64,000 nucleotides of DNA from Blastocystis sp. Blastoise. Lineage: Eukaryota > Protista > Bigyra: Opalinata. The first letter of the stretch is position 1. Each line of letters opens with the position of its first letter. Position numbers and translations under genes: made by a program. Below are positions 14,722 through 32,539 of this stretch, in pieces. The notes beneath the pieces were generated by a model. It was not told the DNA's origin and made no database searches. It saw only the letters and a list, made by a program, of their open reading frames with translations. The stretch is taken from NCBI GenBank assembly GCA_039096225.1, contig JBBPEB010000013.1, positions 1,364,001-1,428,000 on the forward strand. Reading direction: 5' to 3'.

Positions 14722-15826
14722 TTTATTACTTCTTCTAAACATTATTTATGTTTACTATATATATATAGATGGCAGAAGAAGAAGAAGAGCCTGACGATGA
14801 CGATGAAGAAGAAGAAGAAAAAGAACTTCGAGAATTGGATGATGACGAAGTCGACGTCGATCTCCTTGAACGACGCGTCACTGTACTATTAGATCAACAA
14901 ACACTTCTCATTTCAAGTGTACGACTTCGACAAAACCCTAATGATGTCAGTCTATGGCTGAAACGTGCTGAAATATTCAAAGCTATGGGTAAAGAGAAGA
15001 TTCCCGCCGTTCTTTCTACTTATAGAGAAGCTACTAAAACTATTGATCCTACAAAAGCTATAGGTATATATATGTATATATAGGGTTTATTTTAATACTA
15101 TTATCTATATTTATTTCTATTCTATATCTGTATATATATATATATATGTATAGGTAAATTAAGCGATGTTTGGATTGCTTTAGCCAAATATTATGAGCAG
15201 TTTAATGACGTTACACAAGCCGTTAAGGTGTACAAAGCTTCTATGGATGTACATATATATATATTTAATATTATATATATATATATATAATGTTATTAAT
15301 CATGTCCATTTATTTATATATATATATATAGGTACCTTATAAATCAGTGGATGAATTGGCGAATATATACTGTGAATGTGTTGAACTCTACTTGCGTCAT
15401 GATCTGTACGATGACGCACTCCTTCTGTTACAACAAGCTGTTGAACCCCCCAAGAAGGAACGTATGACTGCTGCAGCCAGGTATACATATTATCTTATAT
15501 ATATTATGTGATATATATATAGACAGGAGAGTGGTCATCATAACATATCCACTCGTGACCGTCTCCATAAGAATCAACGTATTTGGAATATGTATATCGA
15601 TTTAGAAGAGAGTCTGGGTACTGTGGACAGTACTCGATGTGTATATAATAATCTTATTTCTATGAAACTTGCCACACCTCAAGTATATTTATATATATAT
15701 ACTACTACTACTACTACTACTACTTTTATTTATTCTACTTATTCTCTTTTTATTATATTATATTGATGTACAAATTACAGAAATCATTGAAAATATATAT
15801 ATTTCCTATGATTAGAATATATTACC

Positions 15827-15908
<82 letters not shown>

Positions 15909-16099
15909 GAACATCTTAAACTACGGTGCCTTCTTACAGGAGCATCAGTTATATGAGGAGTCCTTTAAGATCTATGAGCAAGGAACCAGTCTCTTTCCCT
16001 ACCCTAATAATAAAGAGATTTATACTGTATATTTGAAACAATTTATTGAGAGATATGAAGGCAAAAAAGTGGAACGAACTAGAGAAATATTTGAACAGG

Positions 16100-16135
<36 letters not shown>

Positions 16136-17099
16136 TTTAAACTAAGTACTTTTCATCTTTCTTCTTCTATTTCTCTTTAACTATATATATATATATATAT
16201 AGTGTATTGAGGCTACTCCTGCTGATGCGGTTCGTGATATATATATATCTTTTTCGAAGTTCGAAGAACAATATGGTCTTGTGAAGCACATGATGGCTCT
16301 TTTAGATCGTTGTTTAACAACTATTCCCGCGGAACAGAAATATGATTTTATATTATATTATATCAGTAAAGCTGAAGAATATTATGGTATAACAAAGACT
16401 AGAGAGATTTATGAAAGAGGATTAGAATTATTACCTGATGATAAAGTGAAAGATTTAGGATTAAGATTTGCGGATGTGGAGAAGAAGTTAGGAGAAGTGG
16501 ATAGAGCAAGAGCTATATATACATATATAGCACAATTCTGTAATCCTAAAACTGTATTATCTTTCTGGAGTACTTGGAAAGAATTTGAAGTATATTTATT
16601 ATTATTTATTATTATTTATTATATTTATTATATTTGTTATTATTTATTATTATTAAATAAACTTTATTATATTAAAATAATTATATATATATAGATGACC
16701 TATGGTAATAAAGATACATATAGAGAAATGTTACGATTAGAACGATCTATTCGAGCTCAATATGATCAAATTGAAGTCTTACCCACTGATTTCTTTGATA
16801 ATACAAATAATAGTGGTGTTGCTCCTGTTACTGATGGTTCCGTTCTTCCTGGATTCACAAAAGCTGTCACTGAAAATGGTCAATTCGGATTGATGAATAG
16901 TGCTACTGATTCTATAAGTGAATTAGAACAGAAAGCTCAGAAACGTCTAGGAGAAGAGAAAGATGATGATATTGAAGAAACGAGAAAGAGAATGAAACAA
17001 GATCCTAGTATATTAGATACTCTAGGAAAAGATGAAATGGCTGTCGATATTAATTTTGATGGAGTTTCTTCTGAACATAATATGGATAAAGAAATGTAA
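12958..17099 (+). CDS. SYF1: Pre-mRNA splicing factor SYF1/XAB2 (HAT repeats), 13 exons
   Basis: YERALVYLPGSYKLWHNYL, KTRRTFDRALQALPITQH, VRLRQNPNDVSLW, LGEVDRARAIY, GNKDTYREMLRLERSIRAQY; all introns GT-AG. Confidence 0.96.
13470..13695. repeat. Intronic minisatellite (~25-nt unit TATTATTATTTATATAATATAGTGTT)
   Basis: About 8 degenerate tandem copies within a SYF1 intron. Confidence 0.75.
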
Positions 17100-17183
17100 A
17101 TCCTATTAAATATATTCATTATATATATAATATATTGTTTTTATATATCATTTCTTTATTATTTGTTTTGTGTATTCCTCCTT

Positions 17184-17191
17184 TGTTTGTT
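17184..17191 (+). promoter_or_regulatory. TGTTTGTT putative 3'-end processing motif downstream of SYF1
   Basis: Exact TGTTTGTT ~85 nt after the stop; the same motif lies at 31694-31701 after NVL; this motif is the known polyadenylation-site signal of Blastocystis. Confidence 0.45.
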
Positions 17192-17340
17192 TAGAGAGAG
17201 ATGGAGTATAGTTTAGTGAACATTTGTAAATAAATACATATAAACATAGTTTTAATTTGTAACAGTATGTAGATCACAATAATTAATGCTATGCAAGTTT
17301 TTCAATAAAGAAATATATATTGAAAAAGTATTTTTTTATA

Positions 17341-17600
17341 CACATGCTACACTTGTAGGCAGGTTTTTGTTGTTTAGCAAAGTGGCGCTTGGACCACCAC
17401 AGACAGCCTCAAAAACAACCACCGCCTGGTGCTGGAAAAACCACATACCGACGGAAAGGTTACCACCAACCGGCGCTTCGAGGACCATTTTTGACTGTGA
17501 ACAATTTTTTTTAAGAAGCAGTTTCAGAAATATTTTTGGCGGAAACAACACCACTTTTTGCCTCTTGACGAACATAAACACGCGAAATAAAAACACATAT
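17341..17600 (+). mobile_element. GC-rich island, putative left terminal inverted repeat
   Basis: CACTTGTAGGCAGGTTTTT (17350-17368) and ACCACCAACCGGCGCTT (17462-17478) recur inverted at 25306-25324 and 25206-25222. Confidence 0.45.
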
Positions 17601-17789
17601 TTACTCTTATTTAGCGTAAAGTGGGTATTAATGACACATTAACAGGGTCTAATAAGTTATTTTAGAAGTCATTTACATTTAATTAAGATTCTTTTTTATT
17701 CTCAAAACAACTCATTTTCATCTCAATTGTAGTATAATAAAATAACAATAAAAATAACAAAATACAAAAATAATAAATAAATAATTAAT

Positions 17790-18355
17790 AAATTAACATA
17801 GTATTTTAATATGTTTAACAGCCATCCCAAAGCATTGTTTTTTGACCATTTTGAGTAGCTATAAAAATGTAATTATAGAAATGTTGATAATATAATAATA
17901 ATAAATAACATACCTTATATAGAATATATCAAAAGCAATCGTCCCTTCTAATTCTATACCAGTTCTGACAGCCTATAAAAAGAAAATCATAGAATTGATC
18001 AAAAATATAATAATAATAAATAGCATACCTTTTACAAACACATCAAGCGCCACCTCATCTTTAGTTTCAAAACTATTCTGAAAGACTATAAAAAGTTTAA
18101 AATAAAAAAATGATAAAAATATAATAATAATAAATAGCATACCTTGAACACACACATCAAGAACCGATTATACTTCAAGGACCACCAGCTAGAAGAAGAC
18201 AACTTTCAAACCAAGTCATTCCTGTTCAGTAGAGCACTAAAGACGAAGTCCTAACTTAATCCAAGAAAAACATTGTGCTCATCTTCTATTTGTTTGAGTC
18301 ATAAATGATAACTATATAATAGAATATATGTAAGAATAATGATACATACCATCAT
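17790..18355 (-). pseudogene. Degenerate spliced gene remnant with a duplicated exon/intron junction
   Basis: Several GTATG donors and TATAG acceptors but exons contain stops; the ~45-nt block AAAAATATAATAATAATAAATAGCATACCTT..ACACATCAAG occurs at ~18001 and ~18115. Confidence 0.35.
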
Positions 18356-20407
18356 AATTCAAAAACAGCAACAACACAATATTTAATAAATAAAAAAATT
18401 ATGTGAAAATCTTTTATAAAAAAAATTAAAATCCAGCCCCAAAACGGAATTTGTAAAAAATTTCACTACATAAAAACAAATTTTAATTTTACCCCCTCAG
18501 TGGTTTCTCTTTTTTTATCTCTTGAGAGACTGAATACTAAAAAGTTAACATAGTTTAAATGTTACTGTCTATTTATAATCAATGACTATTATTTTTATTT
18601 TTGTGTTATGGTAAGTAAAATTAGGTCACTGAAAGAGCAATGACCAATTTTGAACACAATGAAAACCATATTGTGTTTAATTGTGTAATTATATTAATTA
18701 TATACTGCTTCATTATGATAGTTAGGTCATTTAAAAAAAGAAAATGTTAAATCTGATATACTTTTACAAACTGATTGACTAATTCTTTAAAAATATTTTT
18801 TATGAATAATTACTGGTTCTTTTTATTGCTACATACTTGTAGAAATGAATGTATAAAGAAATAAGTTTTTAGTGAATCAATTCAAAGAGTATTAATAGAA
18901 ATTAAAGTGTAAAAAAAAATATTACTATAAACAAAACTATATATGTATAAACCTCTTACTTATTTAGCTAGAAACGTTAATAATAAACTAATTAATATTC
19001 TTATGATATAAAATAAAAGAAGAAATAAATAAATTAAACAAAATAATATTATAAACGAATATATATATAGTATTTAGTAGATAATAAAAAGAATAATAAC
19101 ATGAAATAGTAATTAAATATATATAATATTTTATTCCAGTTTATTATGTTCATAAAGCGTTCGTTCGATTGATTGTAAGAGAAGTTAACAGAAGAATGGA
19201 TAGAGAAGCTTATTTTATATAAATAATACTAATAATAATAAGATATAGATTTAGTATAATAGATTAAGAAGAAGGTAAGATTAATAATAATAATAATAAT
19301 AATAGTTATATATACTAATAGCTTCATTAATTTAAAACAACTAAATATAATCTTCTGTATATATATAAGAAACATAAACTTCATTTTCCCCTATATATAA
19401 TTCTTTTATAGCTCCTATATTTTAGCTATTATTATTTCATCATTTTATTTAATATTCTTCTGTTATTGTATAGTTAAAAAAACAAGTTGATACAATACAT
19501 ACCTTTAAATATATATGTATAATAAAGTGGCATATAGTAAAGAATGTCAGGCTTCATATATATATTGGGATATAAATTGAAGAGAAGGGATATAAATTAA
19601 TAGAATTGCAGCATAATCTGACTTTCAAAATCATTTTGATAGTTGTTGAAATTGTTCATGACATAATAGGAGAGATGAGGAAGTAGTATATATATAGAAT
19701 CATAGGTATCAGATCTATATTGACCCACAATTTGTGAGAGTAGTTGAAGACCTAAAAGGGGAGGTAAGGTGACTGTAGTGGGTAGGCAGTGGGTAGAGAC
19801 GGTAGTGGGAGGGGTTTGAATGGGTGTTGGGGAGGTAGTTGTTATATATAGAGAGGAATCAGGATTTGTAGGTAGAGAGAATAGGTAGGAGATCAGAGAA
19901 GGAAGTAAAGGAAGAATTTCTTTTTTCATAATATTAATATAACTCTTTAATAAGTTGACAATAAGTACATATACATCTAATGTATTAATATATATAGAAG
20001 AGAGAGAAGTAATCATATTCATAATCTCTATTAATTCTTCATTTACATGTAAATAAAAAGGATTTAAATCTGGTTGGCGGGGAAGAGGGACTGATGAATT
20101 CTCAATTTGGCGGGAACTGAATGTTTGTAATCCATCAAGAATAGATGTCAAACAATTTATTATATAAGTCATATAATCATCTATATATATGTATATATAA
20201 TAATAATAATAATAATAAATATTTACAAATATATAAATATAAAATATAATCATAATCTTAATAATAATATATATAATTACGAATAATTTGTTCATTAGAA
20301 ATATTATTATTTGAGGGGTTTTGGTTATGAATACAGGCACTTATATTGGATATACAGAAACGAATAGAACTCTATATATATGTATATATATATGCTGAAA
20401 TATAAAC

Positions 20408-20464
<57 letters not shown>

Positions 20465-20858
20465 TTTATATACCTTATGAAAATCAAAATCTTGTCGAAG
20501 TAAACGTGTGAATGAACATATTTCAAACAATATATATAAGTATTCTAAGGGTAGTGAAGAAGGTACTGAAGGGTAGGGAGAAAGAAGAAGAGAAGGCTTA
20601 TATAATAATAATAAATATAATAATAATATCAAATATAATAATAATAATACATATAATAATATATGCATACCTTAAGTAATGTATATAGTTCTTCTAGTTG
20701 TTCATCAGTAATAAATATTTTATGTATATATTTATTTAGTAAATATCCACTTCTCTTCATAAGTCCTTTTTCTTGGCATTGTAAACCAAGTATATATATA
20801 GAGAAACAAACGTCATATGTATTCTCCATTGAAGAAAGAAGATTTGTATATCTATAAC

Positions 20859-20923
<65 letters not shown>

Positions 20924-21083
20924 ATAGTAAATAATAATAAATGTGATAATAATTATAAGTCTATATTTACCTATATATAGTTTCTTCAAGAATAGAAATA
21001 ACAAACACATGCTTATGGGCAGCATAATCGCGGTTATTCGAGAAACACATTAACATATTCACAACAAATGGACCCATAGAATC

Positions 21084-21153
<70 letters not shown>

Positions 21154-21560
21154 AAAAAAGTAATGCAACCAATTTAGATATAATAATAAAAAAAAATAAA
21201 ACAATAATAATAATAATAATAATAAACATTATAATAATAATGCTATATACCCTTCAATGTTGAGTCTCCAAATACAGATATTAAATGATAAAGAGCTTCT
21301 ATATATCTCCATGTATATTTCGAGTGATCCCCGCGGGGATCAGCAAGATTTTGTTGAAGTTGTTCTAAGAGTAATGTAACATAGCTACCTACTTTTGTAG
21401 GATTATTCTTTAATATAGTTTGTGCCAATTTATAAACTTTTGTTTGATAATCATATATATCAATGTTAAGAGATAAATCTTCAGATAAATCAAAATTTTC
21501 AGGGAACCTATATATATATATAATATTATGTAGATTCTAATTGAATCAATAATAATTTAA

Positions 21561-21685
21561 ATAAATAAAATAAAATAAAATAAAATAAAATAAAATAAAA
21601 TAAAATAAAATAAAATAAAATAAAATAAAATAAAATAAAATAAAATAAAATAAAATAAAATAAAATAAAATAAAATAAAATAAAT
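21561..21685. repeat. (TAAAA)n pentanucleotide microsatellite in an XPOT intron
   Basis: ~24 tandem units. Confidence 0.95.
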
Positions 21686-22264
21686 AATATATATATACAT
21701 CATTTGTTGAATAATCGAGTCCATGACAGAAGGGAGAAGAGATAGAGAAGGGAAGAGAGAGAGGAAATAAGGTTGTTCAATATGACTGCAATAATCGTGG
21801 AAATGAAGGAAAATTAATAAAGAACGAGTAGAATAGATTTAAAATAGAATAAAAATAGAATAGTATAAATATGAAAGGATATAATTAATATTTCAAGAAC
21901 AGGGTATACACAGGGTGAGGGATAAAATGTGACTTTCCCAAGGAAATCGAGAGATATAGAGAAATAAATAGAAAGAAGAGATGCAAGACGATTATCAGCC
22001 TGTATAATAAATGGAATAATAAATATAATGATAAAATAATATTAATAAAAAAATAATAATGATAATAAGTAGAAAATAAAAATAATAAATAGAATAATAA
22101 AACATAATAATAAATAGCTATATATAATATATACATCATTCTTAATAAATACATGAAATTGAGCCAGTTCATATCCAATAATATTAATCAGTTCCGCTAG
22201 AATAACAAGGAAGTCCATATCAATATCTACAGGAGAAGAGAAAGAAAGAGAAGGAGAGAGAGTA

Positions 22265-22391
22265 GTATATATAGAAGGTAAGAAGTTAAAGAAGAAGAGA
22301 TAGTTGTATATATAGAAGGAGAGAAATAAATGTATTAAATATAATAATAAAATATAGAATAATAATAATAATAATAATATATAAAAGATAT
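22265..22391 (-). other. Probable U12-type AT-AC intron in XPOT
   Basis: Donor ATATCTTT, branch TTCTTTAAC, AC acceptor that restores the frame into TLSPSLSFSSPVDIDMDFL; exact acceptor less certain. Confidence 0.55.
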
Positions 22392-25149
22392 ATATTGAGT
22401 AGAATGAGACAGTTAATCTTATCATCTAGACTCATACCTTTATCAATTATCTATATATAATAATAATAATAATAATAATATACTATAGCTATCATCAACT
22501 TTATTTATTGAATATATTATAAAAGTCTTCACAAAAGCCATTAATAAAATGAGATGAATTCGATATATATAAGTCAAAATATTTATGGTAATTCTGTAAT
22601 ATTCATAGACATATACAGAACAGACTCTATATATACATATAAAAAATAATATGTATACTAAGTATAATAATAATTTAAGAAATAGGTATAATGATAATAA
22701 TATATATACAATCATTTCACTATTATTACAATCTAAATAACACCCCAATTGTGATTTAGTAATACAGAAAGAACGGTTTCTAACAAACTATGTTAATAAT
22801 AAAAAATATAATAATAGTAATAATATACAGTTTATTAACCTTCAACAAATAGTGCTTTATTCACGATTATATATAGAAGAATTGAAAAAGAGACATACCT
22901 ATAGAATAAGGACAGTAATTAAGGAGACTATATATATATTAAGAGTAACTATTATATTTATATAAATAATATTATAATAAATAAAAGAATACATAATAAT
23001 AATATAATCTATATCTTCATTTATTGTGTTCATTAACGAATATTCTTTATGATAATAGTGTTCATTTTAAAGCTCTTTCTGTAAGTGACATTAATTGTTT
23101 TTGTATAGATATATAGAATAAGGAATACTATCAAGAGACTAAGTATAAGAAAATTGAGAAGACAAAGAAGGTATTGAAATACTATTTATAAAGATACTAA
23201 AGATTATGATTATAATAAAGATGATAATGATATATATATACAGAATATATTGTTTATTTTTATATAATGAATTAAATATAGTAGTAATAGAAGCAGATTC
23301 AGTATGTATTTTAATATATATTTTAATACATTTGTAAACTATAGAATAATAATAATATAATAAAAGGATAAAAGGTAATTATAATAATATATATAGTGTA
23401 TATATATGGTTTTCTATAGATTCAATAAGACAGATACATAATAAATTTCTATAAAAACTCACTATTTCTGTTAGCTTGTTCATTTGAATATACCTGTAAA
23501 GTATTATTTAATTAATATATATATATACTATTATTATAAATTTTGTTAAAAAAACATCTTTCTTTTGTATCTTACTTTTTATTATTTTTGTATATAATAA
23601 TATTATTTAAAAACCTAAATATAAATAAATATAAATATATTCATATATATTAAATAAAAAATGTATATATATGTATATATTCTTCTTAATAATAAAAAAG
23701 TATACATATATACCATCATATTCAATTAAAATTGTTTTAAACATCATTTGTTAATTAAAAATTTCCTATATAAACCATAAATAAGATAAAAACTATTATA
23801 AAAAATATATTATTAAAAAAATATTATTAATAATTAAAAGTAATATATATATATATAATAAAATATTGAACTATAGAACTAACTGTAAATATACAATAAA
23901 ATAACTATATTCAGTATATTTAAAGTTAATATAATTAGAATAGCATTGTAAAATAATATAAATTAAATAAAAAACAAAATTAAATAAAAAATATATATGT
24001 ATAAATATTTACCTATAAGAATTTTTGTATTTGTTTTTGTTTCTTAATTTTGAATATTTAATAACCCAAGATGACATTATTGTAGTATATTTAATATCCT
24101 AAATTAAAATAAATAAATAATATAAAATAATAAATATATACAAAAAAAAATGATCTCCCATTCTCTCCCATTTTGAATTTCTTGAATTTATTTTGATTTG
24201 AAACTGTTCATATACCTTTTCAGAGTACCTTGAATCATTCCAATTATCAATAACCTATATAAAAATAATAATAATTATCAACATTTACAATACTTAGTTT
24301 AGCATACTTCTGACTACTTTATCACAATTGAATCACTGTCTAATAGCTTCAGGTACTGTCAATAACCTATAAATACAAATAAATATGAATATAATTGTAA
24401 TTAAGTTTTTGAGTTTCAAATAAAAAGAAAATATTAATACTACAGAGATGATATATACTTCCTGAGATAGCTAGAATAAAAAATAAAATATAAATACTAA
24501 TAATTCATTCAGAATATGTATTTAAAATGCTGCTTTTTTTTATAAGAAAATAAAGTTAATTTTTTTTATAAGAAATTTACAGTGTAATTCTTTTAATACA
24601 AAGTCAGTCGCCACTGAATTTTCTTAAAACAGAAAAAGTCTGCCTACTATTTAACTTTAGATTATAAAAATCATTGAATTATTATAAATGGATTTATTGA
24701 TAAAACTATTAATTATATTTGTTTGTACCGTTTTGAATGAAGAAGAATTTGTGTATAGAATGTTATTCATTAACTTTAATAAGAATAAAAAGGAAAAAAA
24801 AGCTAATTTGTTAAAAATATTTTTTTTGATATCCTTAAATAAAGTATTCATATAATGTGTCTACCAAGTATTCTAAGCACAGTCAAATGCAAATTATTCA
24901 ACAAGAAGATAATTAAGAAAATGTTGATATAATCGTAGTATTCTTTTTAATTTTATTTAAGGTTCTTCTAACTGTCCTCATCAAAATAAACCCAGTAGAC
25001 ACCTATATTCAACAGTTTAATACAATATTTTTCCATCACCATTAACTAGTTGTTTCTATAACATTTTCACATCAATTACAAGTATCATCGACTTTCCAAA
25101 CAATATATATTATTCATATTAAAAATTATATACTCTAATACAAAATAAT

Positions 25150-25332
25150 TAAAAAAATGTAATGTTGTGTTTGCTTTTTATAAAAAAATACACAAAATGA
25201 GTATCAAGCGCCACTTGGTGGTCAGAAAGTCGAGGTAAAAAAAGATTTAAGAGCGTGTTCATTTTTTTTGGCGCTTAGGGGTACCACCAAATGGGGCTAC
25301 ACGGGAAAAACCTGCCTACAGGTGCTATCCCT
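25150..25332 (-). mobile_element. GC-rich island, putative right terminal inverted repeat
   Basis: Reverse complement shares 18/19 and 15/17 nt blocks in the same order and similar spacing with 17350-17480. Confidence 0.45.
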
Positions 25333-26505
25333 AAATTTCCTAAAAAAGATAGATAATCAAAATTATTATGATACTCCATACATCATAAAAATAAGAAACA
25401 ATACTTATATTTTATATTTGGATAAAAACAGCAAAAATAAAATGAATCAGCTGCTCTTTAAAGAAATAGTCATAATAATAGCTATAGTCAGGCATAAATT
25501 TGATAATGATTTCATTGTTTATCAGCTTGTGTTGAATTTATCAAAAAAACGATAGAACAGAACAATTCTTTTGAAAAAAAGAACTGTTAACTATATCAAA
25601 TAATAAAATAATTGTTAAAACAGTCAGTAATAATACTTTAAATATAAAATATTCAATTTATCTTTTAAAATAGAGCATCCTACATAGAAATCAGAAGCAA
25701 TCACAAATTATTTTTCGTTTTTCAATGTGTAGATCTAATTCCTTATATAATACATTATATCTAAATAATATAGAAAACGAAAAATAATAAAAATATTTTC
25801 AATGAACAAGCTAGTTCTACTAATTACAATAGAAAACAAATACATTAATTAGTCCATCATGTGTAAGACATAAAGATGTATTTAACTACAAATTTTAAAA
25901 TAATAAAAAAATATTTTATTGTTTGTTAAACCAAGAAGTAAATATGCTAGTATAAAAACTAAAATTTGATAAATATATTTAAAAAAGTGTTTTTTTATTA
26001 ATTTATTATTAATTTATTATTTAATGTTTTTGTATAATAATTAAATTAATGTTGAAGTCCATTTAGATTTATAGAAATAAAATCAGACAATGAATCTCAA
26101 TATGAATGTACTTTTAATTTTTGATTTACGTATTTATCAAACTTATTATCATTTAAAAGTCATAAAAAACAATGCTATTATTCAATATCGCACAATTGTG
26201 TTGACAATCCAAACTATAATGTCTGTGAGTTAGGATAATAATTATTTGAAATAATTTACTTTAAATATATAAATATTTTCTGTATATCAAAAATACTTAG
26301 TTACCAAAAACAAACAAATTTATTATATTTTTAAACAAGATTTCAGTGATTTTATAGTTTCATTCTCATTTACAGGTAAATTAAATATGCTTGCTATAAG
26401 GATTGAATATTTCAAATTGCTTATAGAAGAGAATCAAATTAATTTGCGTAGACATTTTCAAGAGTATTATGCATACATGATCAAATAAGAAAAATCTAAC
26501 ATACA

Positions 26506-26579
26506 GCTCGCATAGCTCAGTCGGTCAGAGCACCGTGCTAATAACGCGGGGGTCGCCGGTTCGATCCCGGTTGTGAGCA
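26506..26579 (+). tRNA. tRNA-Ile (anticodon AAT)
   Basis: Acceptor GCTCGCA/TGTGAGC+A, D-arm TAGCTCAGTCGGTCAGAGC, anticodon arm CCGTG-CTAATAA-CGCGG, T-loop GGTTCGATCC, followed by a TTTTT Pol III terminator. Confidence 0.96.
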
Positions 26580-27069
26580 ATCTTTTTGATTTATTTTTGT
26601 ATATATGTTTTTTCATAAGAGTACCTTTTAATGTATAATTTTAAGCATATAATCTTTTATTCACTTAAAAAAATAATTCTTATGATATTTACTATAATAT
26701 TTATTTCATCTGAGATACAAGAAACTGTTCAATCTATTGATCCATCAAAAATAATCCATATATTTCCATATTCGTTTTTGCTCATTAGAAAGTGTGATAT
26801 ATAACATTGATATAAACCATAGAATAATCTAATGAAAAAAAAAGGAAATTCTAAAAAGTAATTTTTTTTGAAAAAGAAATTTTCTTCGATTTGAGTGTAA
26901 AAATTCAATGTGGAGAATATATGAAAAAGTTATACTAAGTATTAATAATTATTAACCCGTGTTCATTGTATTCTCAATAGAAAAGTTTTTTTTTTCAACG
27001 ATTTTCAGCTCCTTTCAATATTATTTTGTTTGTTACCTTTTATCTTTTTTCTCGATATTGTCTTTTAAA

Positions 27070-31622
<4,553 letters not shown>

Positions 31623-32539
31623 ATTATTATATATTAATATAGATATGAAATATTTCATATACATTTTTCTATTCTCTTTACTTGAATATTTTTTGTTTGT
31701 TTTATATTTAAACGTTTTCTATCCTCTTTGTTATGTGTTTTTTAACTTAACTAAATAATACTATATATTATATTTTTATTATTATAATAGATTTACTCTA
31801 TTCTTAGATAAGAAAAAAAACACAATAATAATTACTAAAAAAATGACGAATTCCAGTAAAAATGATAATATATTAACATTGATAAACATATTCGTATCTA
31901 TTGACTTTTAGAGTTAATTATGACATTTTATGGAGACTCAAAAATAAAGCTATATGTTCCATTAAAAAAATATATTTTTGTTTTTTTCAATGAAGCGATC
32001 GAATGCAAATTAAAATTAAAAAAAAAAATAACTCAGAAAAGGATGATATGTTTATGAAAAGAGTCAAATAAATAGAAAGTATTCTGTTTTAATAAATAGT
32101 GTCATCAATGTTCCTCAAATAGTTGATGAAAATGTTAACTTTTAGTACATGAATTTTGCCTAGCAAAGAGACTGATAAGACAGAAATAAGAAACTACTTT
32201 AATAAACTGGACATCAGTCATTTCTAGATTCAGATACTTTCATACGTACTAATTTGTAGTTCTTTCTGGAAAACTAAAATAAGCGAACAAATATAATCTT
32301 TAGTAAAAAAACTGAGTATATATTCATTATTAAAAACTTGCATAAAACCTTCTTTTCATAATAAAAACCACTTGGTTTGTCCTGTTTTTTGGTTTTTATT
32401 CATAAATAGTGAGAATTTATTGGTTAATTCAGCCAATTATCTTGATTATGAAAGTCAATTTAGATAATAATTTAAACACATTTTCTTTGTTTGAATTATC
32501 ATATACACTTTGTTATTTATAATTTAACATATATAAACA

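Larger units (their letters stand above)
19317..22450 (-). pseudogene. XPOT: Exportin-T (Los1/XPOT) homologue; central exons intact, in-frame TAA at 19597-19599, 5' part (22450-24500) not reconstructable
   Basis: IIDKGMSLDDKI, DIDMDFLVILAELINIIGYEL, WRYIEALYHLISVFGD, GLQ..LMKRSGYLLNKY, IQKIIF resemble exportin-T HEAT segments in the expected order. Confidence 0.6.

Noticed and set aside
17286-17642. 118-aa and 86-aa overlapping ORFs as protein genes
   Set aside because: No recognisable motif or splice structure; explained by the locally higher GC of the repeat-like island
19597-19599. TAA reassigned to Gln (ciliate-type code)
   Set aside because: Most intact genes in the window terminate with TAA and none contains internal TAA/TAG
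24600-25150. Transposase remnant inside the putative right TIR
   Set aside because: All frames are stop-ridden and no DDE motif could be recognised by eye
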